64,000 nt of DNA from an uncultured bacterium. GTDB lineage: Bacteria; Armatimonadota; UBA5829; DTLH01. This document shows positions 1 through 7,399 of the stretch, in pieces. The DNA lies in NCBI GenBank assembly GCA_964497515.1, contig CAZCCV010000009.1, positions 643-64,642 on the forward strand. The letters are read 5' to 3'. The notes below the pieces were generated by a model. It did not search any database. It was not told where the DNA came from and saw only the letters and a program-made list of their open reading frames with translations. A program made the position numbers and the translations under genes. Each line of letters starts with the position of its first letter. The first letter of the stretch is position 1.

Positions 1-1
1 G

Positions 2-1360
2 AAAACGACAACGTTCGAGTCGACTTCTGATGAAGAGTTCCTGCTGTTTGTCTCGACCGGCAACCAGTGCGCAAGCTCAGAGAAGACCAAGGAGTTCATC
101 GAAGCACGGAAAGCGGTAGCCCTTGAGTGGGAGAAGCGGTATGACAAACCGGAGCTTCAAGCTGCTTACGAAGGAATGTGGCGATCCGTTATCTGGAATA
201 CCATCTACGCTCCTTCGATTAAACGACCAGTGACTGTAGTATCCAGAGACTGGTGCGTCGATGGCAATTATGGAGATTTTGTGCTCTTTGAGTGGGACAC
301 TTTCTTTGCTGCACTTCAGGCAAGTACAGGCAGCAAAGAACTTGCATATAACAACGTCCGCGCAGTACTCTCCGGGATAACCGAGCGAGGTTTCGTTCCG
401 AGCATTTTCTGCGAGCTTGGAAAGAGCAGAGACAGATCTATGCTGCCGGTTGGTTCCATCATCGTTTGGAAGCTGTATGAGAAGTTCCAGGACAAAGAGT
501 TCCTGAAAGAGGTATTTCCTCAGCTCCTCGGTTGGCACAACTGGTGGATGCAGGCGCGCGATGGCAACGGCGATGGACTGCTGGAATGGGGCAGTGACAA
601 CTTCCCATCCCCACACCCACAGTGGCAGGCGTATACACTACAGGCAGCCAGGTACGAATCCGGACTCGACAACAGTCCGATGTACGACGATGTGGTGTTC
701 AACGAAGAGACCTGCACTATGGAGCTTACCGATGTCGGACTGAACTCTGCCTACGCAATGGACGGCTGGGCGCTTGCACAGATTGCTATGGCAATAGGCG
801 ATATGGTGACCGCAGAGACTCTAAGAGCAGAGCACGAAGAGATGAAAGTGCGAATCAACAAAATGCTCTGGAGTGAAGCCGATGGGATCTATCTCAACAG
901 AAGATGGAATGGCGAATTCTACAAACGACTTGCGCCGACTCTGTTCTACCCTATGACAGGCAGAGTTGCTGAACCGGAGCGAGCTGTCAGGATGGTTCGC
1001 GAGCACTTGCTGAACGATACTGAGTTCTGGGGAGAACACGTTGTGCCTAGTATTGCACGAAATGACCCGGCTTACCCAGATCAGGAATACTGGCGCGGTA
1101 GGATTTGGGGTCCGATGAACTGGCTCGTCTACGAAGGGTTGAAGGCATACAGGCTCGATGCTGCTGCAGCGTTGATGGGAGAAAAGTGCCTTAATACCTT
1201 CCTAAGTGAGTGGGTTGAGGAGTCACACGTGCACGAGAACTACAACGGAACTACCGGCGACGGAGACGATGCACGTTATTCGGAGCCTGTTTACTTCTGG
1301 GGTGGACTGCTCGCATTGATAGGACTTCTGGAAAGCCAGGTCGTAAAAGACGACGAGTAG
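2..1360 (+). CDS. glycoside hydrolase, (alpha/alpha)6-barrel clan GH-G (GH63/GH37 trehalase-like), 5' end outside window
   Basis: The frame of the listed 176..1360 ORF stays open back to position 2, so the gene enters from upstream. Motifs FEWDTFF, NGDGLLEWG, ESGLDNSPMYD and YWRGRIWGPMNWLVYEGL resemble GH63/GH37-type catalytic domains. Confidence 0.7.
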   Translation, partial: KTTTFESTSDEEFLLFVSTGNQCASSEKTKEFIEARKAVALEWEKRYDKPELQAAYEGMWRSVIWNTIYAPSIKRPVTVVSRDWCVDGNYGDFVLFEWDTFFAALQASTGSKELAYNNVRAVLSGITERGFVPSIFCELGKSRDRSMLPVGSIIVWKLYEKFQDKEFLKEVFPQLLGWHNWWMQARDGNGDGLLEWGSDNFPSPHPQWQAYTLQAARYESGLDNSPMYDDVVFNEETCTMELTDVGLNSAYAMDGWALAQIAMAIGDMVTAETLRAEHEEMKVRINKMLWSEADGIYLNRRWNGEFYKRLAPTLFYPMTGRVAEPERAVRMVREHLLNDTEFWGEHVVPSIARNDPAYPDQEYWRGRIWGPMNWLVYEGLKAYRLDAAAALMGEKCLNTFLSEWVEESHVHENYNGTTGDGDDARYSEPVYFWGGLLALIGLLESQVVKDDE

Positions 1361-1406
1361 CTTTGCAACTGCAAAGAACCAGTGGGGAGGGTGATATAGC
1401 CCTCCC
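1361..1406. terminator. two adjacent stem-loops between convergent genes
   Basis: ctttgca/tgcaaag at 1361..1376 and gggaggg-8nt-ccctccc at 1385..1406, lying 3 nt after the stop of the 1409..2443 gene. There is no strong U-tract. Confidence 0.4.
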
Positions 1407-1408
1407 TG

Positions 1409-2443
1409 CTACATTTTCAACGCTTTTTCGGCAAGTTCGATTGCAGTGACAAATACTTCCTCGGTTTGAGTTAGATCCGTAGTATAGCCTCTCCCCGATG
1501 TCGGTTGGCGCACTACCGCAATTTCCATATCCGCTTCTTTTTTCAGTTCGACAAGCTGTGATTTGAAACGTGCAAGCTTTGCTTCTTTCTTTGCATTCTT
1601 GTCGGCCGCAACACCAGTTTTGAAACCACCCGAGGGTGGCTTCTGGACTATTTCTTTGCATCTGTCGATTAGATAAAAGAGTGGCTTTGCTACCAGAATA
1701 CAGTACGTATATGGAAACTTTTTGGATTCAACGGAATTTAGAGTGGTCTGCACCTGCACACCTATGAAATCCTCATCGGAGTCCCTGAACTTGACGAGGA
1801 GCCTGCAATCCATAGGCACAGCGCCAGATTTCGTATTAGCTAACAACATCGAATAATGAAACTCCAACTGCGGCCAACTATCAGAGAGCCTGTGAATATG
1901 CATAAGCTGATTGATTCGCATGGCCAAATGAGGAGGTTGCCAAGCAACGACTCTTCCGGCAACAATCAACGGTAAAAACAGCGTAAACCCATCGATGATC
2001 AACACTTGCAGTAGCGGAGACTCATCGGGTGAGGTCAACCCAGAGTTCGGATTCAACAATCCGGTCAACAGTCGAAAGATCATCAACCCTACTACTAACA
2101 AAGCAAACAGAAAGAGACATCCACCCAAATTGGCGAGACAAGAGTTTCGAGAAATCCCTTGAGATCGCTTACTCATTTCGAGCGCAGATTCCAGTTCTTC
2201 GTATGTGACCTCACGCCACTCTTCTTTGCTCTTGAGCTTGGGTTTGTTCGATGCGTCTTTGATGCAAAGCAACAGCGCGGCAACTAAAACGAAGACCCAG
2301 CCTACGGCAAAAGACCAATCCAATTCGAAGCCAGAGACTGACTGAATGGTTATCCCAATCACTGCAGAAGCAGCAATTAGAACCATACGCACTTCGACAG
2401 ATAATGTGTTAGCTATAAGAAACTTGGGTTTCATCTCTTTCAA
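1409..2443 (-). CDS. hypothetical polytopic membrane protein, last gene of the rSAM operon
   Basis: The 344-aa ORF has about 4 hydrophobic helices in the first ~170 residues and a soluble C-terminal half. Its TTG start at 2443 overlaps the rSAM stop (TTGA); an alternative ATG lies at 2434. I recognise no family. Confidence 0.6.
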   Translation of the reverse strand: MKEMKPKFLIANTLSVEVRMVLIAASAVIGITIQSVSGFELDWSFAVGWVFVLVAALLLCIKDASNKPKLKSKEEWREVTYEELESALEMSKRSQGISRNSCLANLGGCLFLFALLVVGLMIFRLLTGLLNPNSGLTSPDESPLLQVLIIDGFTLFLPLIVAGRVVAWQPPHLAMRINQLMHIHRLSDSWPQLEFHYSMLLANTKSGAVPMDCRLLVKFRDSDEDFIGVQVQTTLNSVESKKFPYTYCILVAKPLFYLIDRCKEIVQKPPSGGFKTGVAADKNAKKEAKLARFKSQLVELKKEADMEIAVVRQPTSGRGYTTDLTQTEEVFVTAIELAEKALKM

Positions 2444-3771
2444 CTGCGTGCTGCAACCGCAACAGCCGATTCAATCTCTTTGTAACCGATAGCATCCCAA
2501 TATATCGGGCAGGCACCAGTGCAGATGTCAAAATGCCGACAGTCGCGACAGATGCGGTGAGCATACCTTTTTCCCCGCCAATAGCGGGACTTTCTGTTAT
2601 TCCAAACGCGCTGGAAGCCATCCTTCAGGATATTACCGACGTTCTTTGACAGACTGGAACACGGCAGAACTCCGCCATCTGGTGCTATCGAGAGAAGCCC
2701 ATCGCAGGCAGCGCACGACTTCCCTCCTAATCCCATAGCAACCGGATTCACAATGCAGTAGGGCGTAGGTGAATACCATAAGAACTCGACATCTGCCTCC
2801 CAAGCAGCTCGCTTCAGTTTATCGAGTAATTCAGGCATCTCAGAGTACAAGACAGTGACTCCTGTGTCCGGAGCCGTCCCGCACGGAATAACCATATTCA
2901 TCGACAGGCGTTTCAGCCCGAGTTCTTTGACAAGTCCGACAATTTCTGCGAGATGAGGCGCATTAATCCGGTTGATAGTAGTGTTGGTATGAACGTGCAA
3001 GCCGGCGTCTTTGAGCAGCGATATTCCGCGCAGGGTTCGATCGTACGAGCCGGGAGTCTGCGTAAGGGAATCGTGTATCTCGGCATTGGCACCTTCCAGA
3101 CTCACCTGTGCACTTCTGAGTCCAGCGTTTTTGAGCTGGTCTACGAGCTCCTGCGTCAGGTTATTGCCGTTAGTGATCAGATTGACTCGCATACCGAGCT
3201 CTGTTGCGTACGCGGTCAGTTCGACCAGGTCGCTTCTCAGCGTCGGTTCCCCACCCGTCCAACTGACACTCGGCACTTCTGCATCGTAACGAATGGCATC
3301 TAGAACCTGTTTCACCTCGGCTGTAGACATTTCACTACTGAAATTTCTGTCGCTTTTGGTGCAAGTGCACCCCGCGTAGCAGAACTTACAGCTAAGGTTG
3401 CAGCGATATGTGAGCGCGATTTCAGAAAGCACCGGCAGCGAGTTGTGCGGACGTGTAAATGATGTCTCTTCCACTGCTCGACGCCCTTTTCCTTCGCCCA
3501 AGCAGCCCATCACAAGAGCGCGAAGATCGCAGAAGAAGTGAAAAACGTCGGTAAGCACCTTTTCGTCTTTGGATAGTCCCTCAGACTTTTGCTCTAATAC
3601 ATCGATCAGCGAAGAACCGGCCATCATACGCCCGAGTATTGCAAGGCCAGCGGGATTCAGCTTGTACGCCTGGTTAGGAAGCAGTATCAGCAAGCTATCC
3701 CGCTCCCGGACGTATACGTATTCCGAGATGCTTTTCACAAAATCATCAGCCCAAGATACATCCACACTCAC
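2440..3771 (-). CDS. radical SAM/SPASM domain peptide-modifying enzyme with N-terminal PqqD-like RRE
   Basis: CNLSCKFC (CX3CX2C) radical SAM motif. SPASM-type C-terminus CAACDG...LPCS...CRDCRHFDICTGAC. The N-terminal ~95 aa (YVYVRERDSLLILLPNQAYKLNPAGLAILGRMMAGSSLIDVLE) resemble an RRE. I moved the start to GTG 3771, which sits 8 nt after a GGAGGT Shine-Dalgarno and overlaps the upstream TAG by 1 nt. The track start at 3909 reads through the neighbour's repeat in the wrong frame. Confidence 0.85.
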   Translation of the reverse strand: MSVDVSWADDFVKSISEYVYVRERDSLLILLPNQAYKLNPAGLAILGRMMAGSSLIDVLEQKSEGLSKDEKVLTDVFHFFCDLRALVMGCLGEGKGRRAVEETSFTRPHNSLPVLSEIALTYRCNLSCKFCYAGCTCTKSDRNFSSEMSTAEVKQVLDAIRYDAEVPSVSWTGGEPTLRSDLVELTAYATELGMRVNLITNGNNLTQELVDQLKNAGLRSAQVSLEGANAEIHDSLTQTPGSYDRTLRGISLLKDAGLHVHTNTTINRINAPHLAEIVGLVKELGLKRLSMNMVIPCGTAPDTGVTVLYSEMPELLDKLKRAAWEADVEFLWYSPTPYCIVNPVAMGLGGKSCAACDGLLSIAPDGGVLPCSSLSKNVGNILKDGFQRVWNNRKSRYWRGKRYAHRICRDCRHFDICTGACPIYWDAIGYKEIESAVAVAARS

Positions 3772-5438
3772 TAGTGCGCACCTCCGCTCACACACGCACT
3801 GTGGCAAGCTGAATGACAGGCGCTGTGGCACGCCGAATGACACGCACTGTGGCAAGCTGAATGACAAGCATCGTGGCAAGCAGTGTGAACGTAACAGGCT
3901 GAGTGACACGCATCCGAATGAATAAACGCTGAGTAACTTAGGCCAGCGCCAAAAGCGCGCTCTCCAATAGCTTTACTGATTTCGCTCGCCCTGCCCTTGC
4001 CCTCATTAGTGAATTCTCGGTACAAATGATACGCATAGAACCTGGAATAACTGTTGCCCCAAGACGTATAAGTATCATCCAAAGAACCACCGCGTTCGAC
4101 AGCTTCGAATTGTTCCTTGATCTGTTTCTTGTAGTATTCCTTTGTGGCTTCGAGATCGCAATCCCAAGCCTTAGCCTGTACTCTGTCGGTCATCTCGCGG
4201 AAGATATCCTTGATTGTGCTATCATCCAGCAAGCCTTCGTTGTGGATGGCGTTTAGCAGCATATTCTCGTACAAGCTTTCTGCAGAGATTCCAGGAGGAT
4301 AGAGTCTTTCGACCCGTATTGGATCAAGTGAAAGAACCTTTACCAAACCTCGCCTCTCCAGACTCGCGATAATCGTACCTACGATCTTGGACAGGGAAAT
4401 ATCCAGCAGAAGAGCCGCCTCAATTGGATCGAGTTCGGCAACCTTCCCTTGCTGACGGAAGCTGGAGACTTTTATGAGCGGCGGCACCCAGTCTGCATTC
4501 TCCCATCGCACTTCATCGAGTCGACTTGCAGCCTTTGAATACGTGTTCAGTTTGCGTGAGAACAGAATAAGCACGCCTACGACTACACTGAAAACAGCCA
4601 CTGCACCCGGCAAGCCCAACGGTTTGGCAGGAGTCTCAGGCATCATCGGAGCGACTGGATCAATTGGAAGATAGGGTGCATCCGGCGGCAATGTCTGTTG
4701 CTGCCCACCCTCCCCTGAAGGTGCGTCAGTTTTCAGAGTAAAATACTTCGCGTCAATATAGCACTGCAGATTGAACTTATACTGCGGAGGAACAGCATCT
4801 TTGTGGAACCGAACAGTCATATAGTAAGCGTTTTGGCTCGGCTGCCCGTAGTAGCTGATGAGGTATTCGCGGTTGACGAACTTCTCTGTCTTAAAGCCTG
4901 TCTTGTTCAGTAAGGCTTCATCGACTACTTCGCTTGCTGTTTTGATGGGATAGTGAAGATAGAGGGTATAGTGTCCTGCTGCTTGGTCGAACTGGCACGG
5001 CGCCCAATTGAGATATGCGAGCTTCCCGTCTGGCGCATCGGTGTAGCCAAGCATTCCGGCTGCCGCCAAATCTGTGCCGTAAAGGATAACGTACGTAACC
5101 TCTCCTCTTGAAACCGCAGCACCGTTCGCTAGCACAATATCGAATTGGTTGCCCAAATCAGTGATGGAGAGCTTATACTTGCGCCCACTAGAATCGACGG
5201 CATACGATTCGTCGTAGCCGAAATGTGGATATGCTCCGCTAAAACCCTGCAAGTAGAAGCCGTGAAGATCGCCGCTAAGCACTTTGTAACGGACTTTGTA
5301 GACAATTGTCGCCTTACCGTCGACGTGCGGCGATATGTCGACCTCGACCCACTTGAGTTCTACCGAGGTCGCCCAAACTGAAACACAGGAGAGCAGCAAC
5401 AAGCTGCTCAAAATCAGCACACGACGCAAGACAGACAC
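3771..5438 (-). CDS. signal-peptide/single-TM protein (DUF2207-like N-domain) with C-terminal (CHSA)n Cys/His repeat tail
   Basis: Signal peptide MSVLRRVLILSSLLLLSCVSVWA. Beta-rich N-domain with VDGKATIVYKVRYKV..LHGFY, then a Pro-rich linker, TM helix LGLPGAVAVFSVVVGVLILFS followed by RK, and a ~250-aa helical domain. The tail reads SDACHSACYVHTACHDA(CHSA)x6CVSGGAH. GTG start at 5438. Confidence 0.8.
   Translation of the reverse strand: MSVLRRVLILSSLLLLSCVSVWATSVELKWVEVDISPHVDGKATIVYKVRYKVLSGDLHGFYLQGFSGAYPHFGYDESYAVDSSGRKYKLSITDLGNQFDIVLANGAAVSRGEVTYVILYGTDLAAAGMLGYTDAPDGKLAYLNWAPCQFDQAAGHYTLYLHYPIKTASEVVDEALLNKTGFKTEKFVNREYLISYYGQPSQNAYYMTVRFHKDAVPPQYKFNLQCYIDAKYFTLKTDAPSGEGGQQQTLPPDAPYLPIDPVAPMMPETPAKPLGLPGAVAVFSVVVGVLILFSRKLNTYSKAASRLDEVRWENADWVPPLIKVSSFRQQGKVAELDPIEAALLLDISLSKIVGTIIASLERRGLVKVLSLDPIRVERLYPPGISAESLYENMLLNAIHNEGLLDDSTIKDIFREMTDRVQAKAWDCDLEATKEYYKKQIKEQFEAVERGGSLDDTYTSWGNSYSRFYAYHLYREFTNEGKGRASEISKAIGERAFGAGLSYSAFIHSDACHSACYVHTACHDACHSACHSACHSACHSACHSACHSACVSGGAH
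3792..3908 (-). repeat. coding tandem repeat, 12-nt (CXXX) unit organised as a 24-nt super-unit
   Basis: Minus-strand units are tgtcattcagct / tgccacagtgcg / tgtcattcggcg / tgccacagcgcc / tgtcattcagct / tgccacagtgcg. They are preceded by degenerate CHSA, CYVHTA and CHDA units. Confidence 0.95.
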
Positions 5439-5447
5439 AATTAGCTT

Positions 5448-5837
5448 TTATTCCCTCGAGGACTCTGTTCTAGCTCGCAGAAGATCAGCCTGAGCAGAGA
5501 TATACTGTGCAAAATCGCTTTTTGACTGAGACCACTCGGATTCACCAGGGAATGTTGAGACTACTCCCTGCCAGATAATCTGGTAGGTACGTTCCAGGCA
5601 CGGTCGAGAGTCTCCCTTTCCAGTGAACTCAAAAGTGGCTTCGATGTTTGTCGGCCGAAACACAGGCGTCGGGCCGGAGACTATCTCCGTTGCTACTCCG
5701 AGAAAAACAACGCCTAATTCTTCCACAACATCGAGGTGCTCTCTGATAGCGCGGACGACGGACGCAACAGAAAAGTCCGCAGAAGAGAAACGCATTGTAA
5801 GCAAAGAGCCATTTATGTCTCCATAAGGCATCTGCAT
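5448..5837 (-). CDS. hypothetical soluble protein, first gene of the rSAM operon
   Basis: 129-aa ORF with an AGGAGGG Shine-Dalgarno 8 nt upstream of ATG 5837. Its stop is 9 nt before the next gene. I recognise no family. Confidence 0.6.
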   Translation of the reverse strand: MQMPYGDINGSLLTMRFSSADFSVASVVRAIREHLDVVEELGVVFLGVATEIVSGPTPVFRPTNIEATFEFTGKGDSRPCLERTYQIIWQGVVSTFPGESEWSQSKSDFAQYISAQADLLRARTESSRE

Positions 5838-6015
5838 TTTGGTTGCCCTCCTAAGCAGCGTTCATTGCAAATTCACAGTCTTATTCGTCGGCACGAAGCC
5901 CGTTTCCTGCACGTCTTCGTTTGCCGTATTGATGCAGGCCGTGTGACGAGAAAACAGTTGGAAGCACGATGAACTCGATACCAATGAGTTGTGGCATTAC
6001 TGCAACGGCATCGCG

Positions 6016-7131
6016 CTACCGAAGCACCTTCTCTGTTTCTGCGTCGAAGATATGTGTTCTCGCCATCTGCAAGACAAGCGATACATCATCACCCGGTGAA
6101 CAACCGGCAATCGGTGATTCCGAATCGATTGAAGCGACCATATCGTGATTGCCGGAGTTCAGGTACATTGTGACCGTTGCTCCCATTGGCTCGACAACAT
6201 CAACCCGGGCGGAAATGGTATTGTCTTCTGTTGGCTTCGCAACTGGGCTTAGGTCTCTATCGAAGATGTCTTCTGGTCTGATGCCGAATACTATCTGTTT
6301 GCCTGCGTAGTTTGATAGGTTCTCTGACTTCTCGGCGGTAGACCTTACAGTGAAGTGCCCTGTATTCACCAAATAGCCGTTCTCATCCTCTTCTAGTGTT
6401 GCTTGAACAAAATTCATTGCCGGACTTCCGATGAACCCTGCTACGAACAGGTTCGCTGGCTTGTTGTAGAGATTAAGAGGAGTATCTACCTGTTGGATTA
6501 CACCATCTTTCATTACGACTATGCGATCGCCCATCGTCATAGCTTCTACTTGGTCGTGTGTGACATAGATCGTTGTAATCCCGAGTCGCCTGTGGAGTTT
6601 AATCAATTCGGCGCGCGTTTGCACTCGCAGTTTTGCATCCAGGTTTGAGAGAGGTTCGTCCATAAGAAAGACTGCCGGTTCGCGCACGATAGCTCTGCCG
6701 AGCGCGACCCGCTGTCGCTGCCCGCCGGAGAGTTGCTTGGGCTTGCGATGGAGGAGTTCGGCAAGTCCCAGCAGCGCCGCGGCATCTTTTACGCGCTTTT
6801 CGATCTCCGCTTTGGGGAGTTTTTTGAGTTTCAGCGCAAACGACATATTGTCGTAGACGCTCATATGCGGGTACAGAGCGTAGTTCTGAAAAACCATCGC
6901 AATGTCGCGGTCTTTCGATGAGACGTCGTTTACGAGTTGATCACCGATGTATATCTCGCCTTCGGTAGCTTCTTCGAGACCGGCGACCATCCTGAGAGCG
7001 GTAGTCTTTCCACATCCAGAGGGACCAACAAGAACCAGAAACTCCTTGTCTTTGATCTCCAGGTTCATATTGTCGACAGCGACAACGTTCTTGAATGCTT
7101 TGGTAAGGTTCTTGAGAACCACTTGCGCCAT
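6016..7131 (-). CDS. sugar ABC transporter ATP-binding protein (MalK/UgpC/MsmX type)
   Basis: Walker A GPSGCGKTT, signature LSGGQRQR, Walker B FLMDEPLS, and a MalK-type C-terminal regulatory domain. Start set at ATG 7131 (MAQVVLKNL), which has an AGGAGG Shine-Dalgarno; the 77-aa extension in the track has no support. Confidence 0.9.
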   Translation of the reverse strand: MAQVVLKNLTKAFKNVVAVDNMNLEIKDKEFLVLVGPSGCGKTTALRMVAGLEEATEGEIYIGDQLVNDVSSKDRDIAMVFQNYALYPHMSVYDNMSFALKLKKLPKAEIEKRVKDAAALLGLAELLHRKPKQLSGGQRQRVALGRAIVREPAVFLMDEPLSNLDAKLRVQTRAELIKLHRRLGITTIYVTHDQVEAMTMGDRIVVMKDGVIQQVDTPLNLYNKPANLFVAGFIGSPAMNFVQATLEEDENGYLVNTGHFTVRSTAEKSENLSNYAGKQIVFGIRPEDIFDRDLSPVAKPTEDNTISARVDVVEPMGATVTMYLNSGNHDMVASIDSESPIAGCSPGDDVSLVLQMARTHIFDAETEKVLR

Positions 7132-7399
7132 AAGTAAGCAGCCTCCTAGTTTCGGGCCTGTCCCCATATCGCCGAAACCGCTAATAAAATGAAGTGCCCT
7201 GGGACTAGGGCTGAGCCCATTATATGGCCGAGAATTTGTGGTGTCAACGGAACAAGCTGCAAACAATGAATAGTCAGAACCTTGACTATCACAATACCGA
7301 TGATCGATGATGCTGCCGGAAATCAGCCATACTGCACATCTGATGACAATTTCACCGAGCAACCTTTCTTGACCTCGTCACAGGCGGGTAGTAGAATAT

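Noticed and set aside
3792-3908. Possible identity with the His-Xaa-Ser (Hxs) repeat radical SAM system
   Set aside because: The register here is C-H-S-A (Cys every 4th residue, with His immediately followed by Ser), not H-x-S. There is only one rSAM gene, with no HxsB/HxsC pair and no HxsD-like gene. The resemblance is conceptual only.
3772-3909. N-terminal extension of the rSAM ORF in the track (MSLSLLRSHCLPRCLSFSLPQCVSFGVPQRLSFSLPQCV...), which looks like a second Cys-rich repeat peptide
   Set aside because: It is the CHSA repeat DNA read in a different frame of the same strand, inside the upstream gene. A GGAGGT Shine-Dalgarno plus GTG at 3771 gives a normal rSAM N-terminus, so the repeat-like peptide is a frame artefact.
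7132-7362. 77-aa N-terminal extension of the ABC ATPase ORF
   Set aside because: It shows no homology-like features. The canonical MAQVVLKNL start at 7131 has a perfect AGGAGG Shine-Dalgarno.
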